A program made the translations under genes and the position numbers. A stretch of DNA of 64,000 nt from Octopus sinensis (Eukaryota), in the NCBI RefSeq assembly GCF_006345805.1, contig NC_043002.1, positions 20,088,001 to 20,152,000 on the forward strand. Direction: 5' to 3'. The notes beneath the pieces are model-generated. The model had not been told where the DNA came from. It searched no databases and saw only the letters and a program-made list of their open reading frames with translations. Positions within the stretch are counted from its first letter, which is position 1, and each line of letters starts with the position of its first letter. Of the stretch, positions 52,950 through 64,000 are shown piece by piece.

Positions 52950-53560
52950 AATAATTTTTTTCTTTTGCACCAGACTTCCTATTACTTTTATGGTTTATGA
53001 AAAGGCTGCACATGGCTGAATAGTTTGCTATAAAAGAAAGAAAAGAAAAACAATTCCTGGAAATCAAGAACATGAACATTCTTCAATACGGGCAACTTAA
53101 TCTCTATGCCTGACATATGAAAAACAACTAACACTTTCAAAGTCACTATAAGTTTGAAGCCTAGATTTTGAAATGAAATGTTCCTGTATTGTAAAGACCC
53201 TGGGATCAGAAAATGCTTCAACTCATATCTAAGACAGTGCTAAGACTAAGCATAAATACTAGAGTGCACTCAGCAGATTGCCAAATAACCTCTCAAAATT
53301 ACTACAATGCACCGTTTCTTTCCTTTGTTTTTCTAAATTATTACAATGGTTGCTCTTCATCTGAACTAGCTACTTGCATTTACCTAGACTATGTCTAACA
53401 AACACTCAGCTTTCTCCTTATCATCCCTATTGTGTTTCATCCACCAACTTCCACACAAAATGGTTTTTCTAGTCATTCTTCCAAAAACTTCTTTCCGCTA
53501 GAAATTTCAATTGACCTGAGTCTTTTTTCCCTGCATACATCAATCTAAAGATGTTCAAAG
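52950..53560 (+). mobile_element. Decayed LINE 3' fragment (CR1/Jockey-group-like)
   Basis: YYNGCSSSEL resembles YYNGICSLEM of the 22360-22400 copy; A-rich end. Confidence 0.45.
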
Positions 53561-56500
53561 TGATTAAAAAAAAAAATTTGTCTGAAAAATACACCAAATA
53601 AAAACCTCAGTAATTAACAAAAGCCAGTGCAGTAGCCATATCTAGTGTCTTGCCATTCTCTTGATATTTTAAGAATCTGACACAAAGAATATACATGTGC
53701 ACTTTTTCAGTTTACAAAGACTGGACAAGTCTCAGTATCTCAGTTTGTTGCAGTCCTTCATGAAGCAAAAACAACATAAACCAGCCATTTTCCTTCTTGT
53801 TTATATCAAACACACACACCTCCACACTAACATAAACTGTATGGATCGTTTTGCTCCGAGTCAGTTTTATTTGGACTTACTGCCCTCCTTGATAGGTGGA
53901 AAGATCACATCTCACTTGTGCATTTCATTTATTGGGTTTGTTTCTATACCTGCATGCTCTTCCTAACATCAATCCCTTTACAGAATTTACTGGGTGTCCT
54001 TCACAAATCTAAAGTGTCTTTGCTTGATTGTTGACCACTTTATGGAGTTACCTTTTTGGTAGAATAACCCTCCACCACAAAATATCACACACACATATAT
54101 ATATATTTATTCAGTTTACATGTCTTCCCATGCTCGGGGGTTAGACAAATACTCAGTGAAGTATTATTTCATAGCAAGATGTTTTCCTTGCCATTAACCC
54201 TTACCTGTCTTTCAAATAAAGGATTTTTATTCCACTATCTCCAAAAGCACAGCGCTACAGGGCAATTTGTAAACAGGAAAGTCAACATCATTTTGCCCAT
54301 ACAGTTTCTTGTGAAGGAGCAGAATATAAACACTGACAGACTTACATTCATATACAGAGACACACATATACACATGTTCATTCACAAAGTATTGGTTAGG
54401 CCAAGACTACAGTAGAGGACATGTACCCAATGAGATACAAATCAAAATTGTGTGATTATGAAGCAAACTCCATATCCACACAGCTATGCATATACACACA
54501 CACACTGATTAGATTTATTTTGCAAGGGTTATTATTCTCACAAAAAGACACAAACTAGGTGTAGTTCACTTCTTTACTTGTTTTATCAGGTAAAACAAAC
54601 AACAAACCAGTATAAAAAAGACCAAACACTGAACAAAGCAGTCATGGAGAACTTCAGCTAGAAGTCTAAACATAATGAAACACAGACAAATCCTTCAATT
54701 AGTGAAGTAATCTATAACCAGTGTACATGTTGTTGTTAAAAATGTACCCTCCTACTATAGATTTCCAGTCTTATATGATGGGTCTTACATACACACACAG
54801 GAAATTTTAATAATTATCAATTTTACATCTACTTTCCATGCTAATATGTTTGGGTGGGCTAGAGGATCATGTGCTTCCAAGCTGAAGCTTGTTGAAGAAT
54901 GTATAAGTTCATACTGCTCAAACTACCAGGGGGTGAAACTGATGTAAAAGACAAAAAAAGAAAATATAACCAATTGTACATCTGTTTGTAATCAGGTTTA
55001 CCAGAAATTTTTTTACATCTGCTTTTGCAAGCTGGTTTACCATGGACAAGACAGCTTCAACACAGCATTGTTTCACTATCACATTTGTTTTTCATTTCCT
55101 TAGGAAGGTATCTGCTTTAACCTTATCTGCCTATGTTTTCTGTCTTCTTATTATGCAGGTTCCTTCCCCTTACATAATATGAACCTTTTCCTCACTATTT
55201 TTAACAGGAATACATACATACATATCATCGTTTTAACATCCACTTTAATTGCCTACATGGGTTAGAGTTTGAGATTTTCTATGAACTCATGCCCTTCCTG
55301 TTACCAAGCAAGCAATAGAAAATCTACACACATACATATATACACATGTGTACATATACCCACATATATGTATACTATATATTATGATGGCTTATGAATA
55401 AAATTAGTCTGTATCATAATCAGAAAAGCAGAGTTGAGGTTAATGGTATGTGATGGTTCAAAATAAGGCTTGCTAAAACTGAGATGTATCAAGTACAGCA
55501 CGTCTTTTATTGGTTTCAAATACTGAACTCCTCCCATGCTGGAGCACTGCTTCAAAAGTTGAGTGAAATTTCTCAGACTCAGTCTTTTGTTTTGTACACA
55601 GAATGCAAAGAGGACAATGGTGTGTAAAATATAACTCAGTCAGGATATTTCTGTTCAATTTTATCAATTTTAATCCTAGTCTAAATCTACTAAATTTTAC
55701 TGAAGATATTGGTCAACATTGTAGAAGGCAGTTGGCAAAGTGCTGTGCAGCGAACACGCAAAGAACAATGTGGGTGTGAAACTAAAATAACGGGTACATG
55801 CCTGCGCCCATTTTATGTGTGTATATATATCATCATCGTTTAAAGTCCGTCTTCCATGCTGGCATGGACACACACAACTGAGTACATAAGTGCAAAACAA
55901 GGTGGAAAAAACAGTACTCTAATACTGAAGGTAGAGTAATATGCTTTTATTAAAGCTGCAAAAACATGAAATTGAGTAACAGTCTTGTGATAATTTTGCA
56001 GTTTTAATAGAAGTGTGTGTGTGTGTGTGTACACACACATTTGCTACTCATTATCTGAAAATGAACGTCTGAAGAAATATTGCATTTGTAAAATACACCA
56101 CACATTAGTTTGTAAATGTGCACCTTGCACGTCGATTCACGATATCGATTTATAATCAAATACGTTTCATAGCTTCATAAGGTTCAATCTATACACGAAC
56201 CTATGTTCATGTATTTAATTGTAAGAGAGGTGAATTAGTAACTCAATATAAGACTAATATCTCGTCATTTCACAACTAGTAATATTGTGTTAAGAGAGGG
56301 GAAAAAATCAAGATCGAATTCCCTGAGATTTGAACAGAAGATACAGACTAGACACCGTGAGGCATCGAAATAGAATTTGATAAGAATTCTTTTAAGCGAG
56401 ACAGATACAAGGCGCTTCTTGATTTCCTTTGTAAAAGAGTGTTTCCAATGGTGAAAATTTGAAAGTTCTTATGGGCGAAATTTTGGAAGTTTTTAATGGT

Positions 56501-58779
56501 CAAATTTATTACTATCTATAATATAATAAAGAAAGCTTCGTTAGTAATGATACAAGAGTCTGCAACAATCTTTTTTGATACATATCCATAGGTATCCATC
56601 TATACTATCAAGTTCATATCTTCACGTTTAAGCGAACCTGAATGGGATACAGCCCAGAATTTAGCAATAAAGTAACTGTTTCGGGTTATTTACTGCCAAA
56701 CTGTTCGTTCTTCGATTAACATTCGATACTCTCGGAAAGTTAATAGATATACTTTGCTCACGTTAATTAGGAATGTTATCAAAATATTTGGTACGTATTT
56801 ATTAATGACAACCACGCACTTGCTTCATAGGATTTGCTCCTTAACAGTTTCACTTTGTCACAAATACACTTCTTTTTATTTTTGGCCTGACCCAGGAAAC
56901 GAAGTAGCGCCGAAACAAAGATCAATTTTGCAAGGGTAATGAAATTTGGTCGATAATTCATATCCCCGCCCACTTAGCACTTTATCAACTCAGAAAAAAT
57001 GTATTTTAACACTGGCACAAGGCCACAAATTTTAGTGGCAGGGATGTTGTCGATTAAATCGATAGCAGTTCTTCACTGGAACTTATCTATTGATCATATT
57101 AAGGACGAAAAGGTAAAGTCGACACAAACAGGGTATTCTGAATTCAGTTCACCAAAGGATATAACTAAATGCTGCGAGGCATATTAATCAGGCACTATGT
57201 TCCTGCTATCTATCGCCTGTAATATGTTCCTGGTTAGACACAATACCAATTTTTAGAGCAGAAAAGATATATACTTCGTTGTATCGACACGAACACATTA
57301 CCAATATCTATATTAGCGACCCTTGTACTTTGGTGTAGGATGAAAGGCGATTTACAAAGACCGCAGCAATTATTGCATTTCGAATAAGCAACAGGCAAAT
57401 TTATGAATAGAGGGAGGAAGTGAGAGGGGTGTAGTCGCATGAATCGTCAAATATGTTACTGGTACTTATAATAATAATGCACCAAATTCTCATAAGCACG
57501 TACCCAAACAGCTATCAAAATTCCGTAATTATTACTTTCATAGTACAATCTATAAAGAGGTTCAACAGTTGCTGATATCCAAATCACTAACACTGAGTTC
57601 ATCGATCATTTCCTTCACCCTGGACCTTACTTAAATACGGCAACTAGCAGACGGTTGAGAAAATAACGAACGGGCAAACCCATCCTCGACTTCAATAAAA
57701 CGCACACAAGAAACAAAAAGGCTTCAAATTTCCAGAAGCAAAAAGTATGAAAAGGGTTAACGTTCATGAACTTCCAAACAAATTTTGTTCTCTACAGCTG
57801 CTTTTTGCGTTAGGTGGATGAGCGGAAGATGACAAGAGAAGTGAAATCGTTTCAATCTGGAATCGAAACTTGGTCGGAAGATTCAACAAGCAAGCGAATT
57901 ACATGTCTGCGACGCTCAAGAATTTGGGTTGCTTATGTTTCACCAACCACTACACCAATGCAGATAAATTAGCAAAAATATTAATAACTATATATGCATG
58001 CACAAGTTTTATATAATACACATACAGACATAGATACACGCGTGCGCGTAAGTACAGTTGATGTGTGGCATCGAGTGTATCAGTATGGAAACGCACTAGA
58101 CAAAAATAAAATAAAAAAACGCTCGTTTGGGATTTCCTTTTTCTCTATTTTTTTTTTTATCTTCTATATATATTTTTTTTTCTTTCGAAACAAGTGCAGC
58201 CATTGATACAAGACAAACATCAGCAGTGATACATACACTGCATGCAACAATGCGCAGCAGTGTTCACTTCCGTGGGGGCCTGCAAGAATGACAAGCAAGA
58301 GGTTGTAAATTATTTCACGAGCAAGGGACATTGCACAACCATTGGAGAGAGATATATATATATATATATCAAGGGACCTGAATGGAACACTGAACTGTGC
58401 AAACCTGGCCACAATATCAGGGACCATAAATCTGAATAGATTGCATTACAAATTAACTCCCGACTTTGTGGTCATCGCTCGTATATGCGAAAGAAGTATT
58501 TTTGAAAAAAATCATATAATTTCCGTTTCCATGCATCAGTGAACAGGGATAAAATGTCGAAAAGAAATGAGAAGATGGTTTAATAGTTCATTTCTAATTG
58601 ACAAACTCTTGAAAACGAGATAATTAAAGTGAATGACAACATAGAGATAGTAAAAGTCGTACATAAATTGAAGGATCGGTTTTAGACTGTAACTCCATCA
58701 CAAATTATTCCCCCAATTTATAACCATGGTTAACGTAAAAAAAATGAATTATCATCGAATATCAATACGTTTTGCTTAC

Positions 58780-58957
58780 CCGATAGGTTTGATTCTTTTA
58801 GTAGACAACCAGATGTGACATCATATACTTTCAGTGTATGTGCTTTTGTGGCCACGATAATTGTATTGAGTGTTGGGTGGTAAGTGACTCCAGTGGCAGC
58901 TTCTCCTACAGATAAACATCCGTCTTCACCAACATACCACTTAACCGTGGTCGCCAT
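58780..58957 (-). CDS. BIRC6: BIRC6/Bruce coding exon 1 (MATTVKWYVGEDGCL...YHPTLNTIIVAT...KVYDVTSGCLLKESNLS)
   Basis: ATG in AAGATGGCG context; peptide resembles the BIRC6 N-terminus (human W..DG..YHPALNAIL..KVIDGTSG); GTAAG donor after 58780; 178 nt, phase 1, joins exon 2 in frame (G+CA=Ala). Confidence 0.9.
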
Positions 58958-59742
58958 CTTAGTATTACCACTCTTGCCACGGCCGCCTATGACATCACTC
59001 ATAAGCAGATAATATTCTCATAACGAGTCTACAGTAAATATCACCAAAAGTCATTTATATATTTTTTTCATTCAACGGGAAATATTTTAGCGAGCTTATG
59101 TAAAAACCAAGAAAACTAAGCGTTTATTTTTTTTTTAATTCCATCACTGTTTCGGTAGTTTCCGTCAAGCAGTCGCTGCGTTAAAAAAACCGTCTGGCAT
59201 AGTAACAATTCGAGAACGAGGCTTAATATAGTTGCCTGCGATGAACTTCCTTCGGATATAATTATCGGAAAACTTCGAAATAAATTAATTCAAAACGTTT
59301 TGATAAATAGTTTTTAATTTGATTAAAAACTATAGAAGTAGTCTCATATTCAACTCTTTTTTTTCTCTCGAACTGAAATTTTCTTTTGAAATTTTTCGTT
59401 TCGTAAGCTATAAACTATGTGTAACTTCGGTAATAATTAATGCCACCTTAAAAAAAATTATGACTAGTATTGAGCAGAAAATGTTTTGTATTGTATATTA
59501 TATTTGCAAGTTTGCGGATATCTTTCCTGAATTTTATTTGTAATGTTTACCTCACTTCCGGTAAACGCTCCGCAGTGAATCGTATGTCACTTGGTTGTGT
59601 ATTGAGATATCGAGGAACTCTCACCAAGCTTTTCTCCTGTTTCTGATATTCCTTTATTATTGTTTGTCATTTTTTTTTCTCCTTTCTCTCGGAAATATTT
59701 ACTTAAAACTTTCCTCTGTCTCTCATCATCTGAGCTTTCAGA
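58952..59742. promoter_or_regulatory. Bidirectional promoter / 5' UTRs shared by BIRC6 and TBCB
   Basis: Divergent start codons 786 bp apart; CpG-rich; YY1-like CGCCATCTT 58952-58960, CRE-like TGACATCA 58990-58997, ETS/GABP-like ACTTCCGG 59554-59561. Confidence 0.75.
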
Positions 59743-59862
59743 ATGTCTGAGAACTTCACAGTTGTCACAGCTCCCTATGTGGAACTGACCATAACTAGCA
59801 ACATAAGTCCCATCACTTCTATAAAACGGTTTCCCAAGGATTTGACAATCGCTGATTTAAAG
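59743..59862 (+). CDS. TBCB: Tubulin-folding cofactor B coding exon 1 (MSENFTVVTAPYVELTITSNISPITSIKRFPKDLTIADLK)
   Basis: Resembles the TBCB ubiquitin-like N-terminus (V.V.ISS....SEKRY...LTIAEFK); AAG|GTAAC donor; 120 nt, phase 0. Confidence 0.88.
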
Positions 59863-60104
59863 GTAACATGTCAGAAGCGAAATTATTCTTTTCCAGTTTG
59901 CTCTCTCTCTTCTTATTGTCATGCGTACACTTCATGAAATGATGACCAAGGTCACGGTTTACCGAGTTTGACCACAGACAGACGTCTTAAATGTTGGTGA
60001 TGGTGACGTTTTGATGTGTCTAACCCCACTCTCTCTTTCTTTCTATCTTGACATTCCACGATAATTTCATGCTCCTTTCGGCTTCAACACCACACCAACC
60101 GGCA

Positions 60105-60413
60105 GACTTTCGGAATAACTGTCCATACGTTGGAATTTCTGTTTTTGTCGAGCTCTCTCCAAATTGTTTTTGTACAGAACATGTCAAAATAATCGCGCTG
60201 GGGTAGACATTTGAAAAACATGGACTAATTTTTTTTGGTACTTGTATCGCATCCGCGTGTGCTCAACCGGGACCACTCTGCGATACAAGTACCTTTTTTT
60301 AAGGCTCCCCCAACTCTATTGTTTTGAAATATGAAATACACAAAAAAAAAATGGAAAAATCTCGAAAAAGACGGAAATTTTTCAACTAATGTCGGACAGC
60401 CATTCCGAAAATC
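60105..60413. repeat. Foldback palindrome with a perfect 15-bp central stem
   Basis: GGTACTTGTATCGCA (60237-60251) / TGCGATACAAGTACC (60279-60293), plus degenerate outer arms GACTTTCGGAATAACTGTCC... / ...GGACAGCCATTCCGAAAATC. Confidence 0.85.
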
Positions 60414-62822
60414 ATTAATGTTGTTTTTCTTTCTTAAATATTTTTATTATTTTATTTGATTGATATCATTTATAATCGTGGCTTGGAGTTTTAGTTTCTG
60501 TTTGATATTTTTAGGAATCCCTGCAATCTTTAAGAACACAATCTACCGATCAGTTTAATAATCAGCACTTTGCTGTCGCCAATGCAGCATTTCTCTTTAA
60601 CGATCAAAACGTTTAACTTTTAATAGCTGTACCGGAGGCTAATATACGTACACTACTGCATTACATGGCTAAAACAAGTTCAACAAGCTCAAAGTACCAT
60701 AAAGGAGTGTACATAGTACTATGTCATGCAAACATAAAACCTCTCTCAACAGCTTAACTGTAAATAGGTACAAGAGGGTGGTGTAGAACATGCACTCCAC
60801 CCCTTTTCTTTTCTTTTTTTTTTCTTTGAAGAATAAAGATAACGAAAAGGGGTGTGGTGCTGTTCTACACCTTTGTCGCAAAATCAGTGTTCTTATCTGC
60901 TCACTATTCTTATCAACTGTTTTAATCTTTGGTTCATAAGAGAGCCTCTATGTAGACATTTGTTGCTAAGAATAGCATCTAAATCTTCCTCAGATCACAG
61001 CCTACTTAAAGGCAAGTTCCACAGTTTACTGTTTATATTCTGTCAACAGCACTGCTGTGTCAGTGGCTAGGACACCTTATTCTCAAAACGGCTTGCTTGA
61101 CTGAAAATAAGCACAGCACTACTGCCTGCAATTGTCAAGTGTTTTGTTGGTTTTGCAATTCTGCATTCAGCCCTTTTTTTTTTTTTTTTTTTTTCTGGCC
61201 TGAAAAAAATGGGACTATAGCTTGGCCTTCAAGGCCCACTTCAAAGCTGGTGCGATTGATATCATTAATGTTCCGCTTAAATTGCAAAAAGTCAATGGCT
61301 TGCAGTAAAGATGTGCTGCGAGAAAATTCCAGAAGCCTGATGTTCTACTAGTGTATGGTTTACTGGATTGAATACAATATGAGGGATGAGAGGAAGGGAT
61401 AACAATAGAATCAAGAATGCCTTTGTGGAGTGCCTTCTCTAGAACTCACTCTCAACCCAGAGTTCCCTAGTTATCTCAGTATTGCCACCAACCCTCATCT
61501 TTGGATTTGGAGCATGATTCTAATTACAGAAGTGTTTTAGATCTAAGCTTACCATATCTAACTCTTGGTGATGGTACAAACAAAGGAACTGCTTCTCATC
61601 CTGCTAGAAATAGCAGTTAGATTTCCTTCAAACCACATCCTACTATCTTAAAAAAAAAAGACACATTGGATAATGAAATAAAGGTAGCATTATAATAGCG
61701 TCAATTATTTTGATCATAGTCTGTTTCATCTAGGCAAACTTTGGTATTAAATAATACTAACACTATGTGGAAACCTTTTTTGACCACAGACAGTAGCAAG
61801 ATCAAACTGAGATAATGTGGAACGAAGTGTCTTGCCATCTTTCCAGCTGCCCCCACTCTTATATAATGAGGTAATCATATATCTTCTCTACAGCAAGACA
61901 GCTCTGATTACCCTTGGCATAAAGTCACCTCTCCTCTCACCTAGTCGGGGATGCTTTTCCTTCATTCTTTTCTGCCTTGCAAGTTATTTGACAACCTCTC
62001 TAGGGCTTGTGACAAAAATAGTACCCAGTACACTCTGTAAATTGGTTGACATTAGGAAGGGCATCCAGCCACAGAAACCATGCCAAAGCAGACACGGAGC
62101 ACAGTGCTGTCCTGCAGTTCACTTGACCTGTCAAACCATCCAACCCATATCAGAGGGGAAAACAGGCCTGTTATACTTTAGTTAGTTGGAGAGGTTGAGT
62201 AAAAATATGAGATGGGGAGAGAAATGTGAGTAGAGAAGAAAGAAGAGAGGAGTATAACAATACACTAAGGCCAAGTGCATCATGTGGTTAGTTGAAGGGA
62301 GAGGTGAAGAGCAAAAGAAAAAAACAGTGAGAGAAGTGTTAATAACTTGCTGTAGGATGGAGGGGGAATGGTGAAGAGAAAGAGAGAAGACATGAAGTGG
62401 GGAATTACATGGTTAAAAAGTTTGTTGAAGAAGTAGAGAGAAAGAGAGAAATATAAAGTGCTTAGCAGAGGGAAATTTTAAAATCATGTAATATATTATT
62501 GTGACTGGAAGTGAAATAACTTAGCAAAATAAAAATGCAAACCTTCCTTTCTTTCTTAAATAGCTTCTCTTAATCACAGGTCCCTCTAATATTACATTAC
62601 TAGAGCAAGTGTTTTGACATCATGTTGCTATTCATATTGTTAACAATGTACCTCAAAATGAAACAGGACATCTTGATAGCCCTCTTATCTGTGAAACATT
62701 TTAAAATTATGGTAAGGTGTCTGGAATTTTAACTGTTTTCCTAAGTCGCTGTGTTTCTCTAAACCTTCATTTGCAATAGATCTGGATATAAAATATCTAT
62801 TTTGTGTTATGTACATTTCCAG

Positions 62823-62960
62823 ATGAAATTAATTCTGTTAACTGGTGCCACAATGAATATGAAGCTCCACTTGTATCAAGCAAAAAGAAGTATTTGCAGT
62901 ATGGATGAAGATAGTTCTCTTTTAGGTTCCTATCCAGTTGAAGATGGCTACATTTTACAT
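62823..62960 (+). CDS. TBCB: TBCB coding exon 2 (MKLILLTGATMNMKLHLY...DEDSSLLGSYPVEDGYILH); gene continues beyond the window
   Basis: LLGSYPVxDGxxxH is characteristic of the TBCB Ubl domain; TTTCCAG acceptor, GTAAGT donor; 138 nt, phase 0 to 0. Confidence 0.92.
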
Positions 62961-63039
62961 GTAAGTTCAAAGATTTTTTTTGTGAATTTTCCTAATGTTC
63001 TACTAGTACTAATGATAATGATAAGTTTTTAGGCACAAG

Positions 63040-63600
63040 AGCAATAATTTTGAAGGTGTGGGAATTCAGTGATATCATGATCTTGAGTACCTGACACCTG
63101 ATGACAAATTTGCTGAAGGAGAGCACTTTGCTCTCCACTCTCATTTTCTTTTCCAAATGAAACTTTAAAATGTTGATGAGGATGGGACCAAAGAGGAATG
63201 TGTCTGTTGTCAATCCATTCATGTTGCCCATCATACAACCCCTTTTGCCATAGCAACCAGACAGATGAACACTGCCTATTCTGCCTTGATAAAGGCAGGC
63301 AGTGAGGTGATCTTCACAATGATGTCAGCCATTAGCCAGGTTCTTCGTACACATTACAACAACTGTTCAAATCTACAAGCCAGCAATTCCAAGATGCTGC
63401 ATGAAAGTATGCAGTACATTTCATCACTCTGCATGCGTCTCAGACAGTCCCATCTAGCGGCACTTCTGTGCCTGTAGATTATCTCAGAGCAGTAGTTCCC
63501 CTTGGTAACACTGCCAAGCCAAGAATTTCTGGTAGCTGTCCATAGTAGTCTCTTCAGAAAAGAAGAGACCAGCCAGTTCATCCTCATTGACTGAGAATGC
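63040..63600 (-). mobile_element. Possible L1/Tx1-like non-LTR ORF2 C-terminal remnant
   Basis: Broken reading frames with C.R..QSDE..C (zinc-knuckle-like) and INILKFHLEKKMRVESKVLSFSKFV; assigned by resemblance only. Confidence 0.35.
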
Positions 63601-64000
63601 TTTTACTCTTACTTACCACTGGTTTTCTCTATATTGTTAAAGTGGAGCTTCTACCATTTTGATGAGGAGGAAACCTTTAATTATATAAAATCCTACCACT
63701 TGGCTAGTACATATTTTATTAACCTTGGTATTATGTAAAGCTTAGTTAATCACAAAGGCAGTGAGCTGGCAGAATCATCGCACATCAGACAAAATGCTAA
63801 GCAGCATTTCTTTCTGCTCTTTAGATTTTGAGTCCAAACCCCAATGGTATCAGCTTTGCTTTCTGTCCCTTTGGGTCAGTAAAATGTAATACCAACCAAG
63901 AACTGAGGTTGATGTAATTGATTTATCCCTTTCCCTCAAAATTGCTTGCCTTAAACCCTGCAGTGAACCAGCTTCTCATTCAGTGAGATTATTGTGGTCT

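Noticed and set aside
54198-54225. AG|GTAAG on the BIRC6 strand as a possible recursive splice site
   Set aside because: No polypyrimidine tract, and it is part of the repeated SINE tail B.
58164-58542. Short overlapping ORFs near the BIRC6 5' end
   Set aside because: No recognisable domain, interrupted by a (TA)n tract, and no consistent splice signals.
59939-60025. Possible box C/D snoRNA in TBCB intron 1 (ATGATGA ... TTGA)
   Set aside because: No canonical CTGA D box, no convincing terminal stem and no recognisable rRNA antisense element.

Overview
AT-rich, repeat-dense animal genomic DNA. The SINE/LINE repertoire and microsatellite load look like a coleoid cephalopod (Octopus-like); this is an inference. 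The minus strand carries the first six coding exons of BIRC6 (Bruce/Apollon): ATG at 58957, a 42.7-kb first intron, and an intact BIR zinc-finger split over exons 4-6. All junctions are GT-AG and in phase, and the gene runs off the left edge. Head-to-head with it, about 0.8 kb away, are the first two coding exons of TBCB (tubulin-folding cofactor B, Ubl domain) on the plus strand, sharing a CpG-rich bidirectional promoter. The introns hold tRNA-derived SINEs, 5'-truncated RTE LINEs whose 3' UTRs carry hairpin-unit tandem arrays, CR1/Jockey-group remnants, an internally deleted Gypsy LTR element, hAT/mariner/piggyBac-like MITEs, and a Penelope-like relic with a decayed hammerhead motif. Two long foldback inverted repeats also stand out. 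Almost all other ORFs in the track are spurious. No CRISPR array, rRNA or intact tRNA was seen. Repeat boundaries and identities were estimated by eye.
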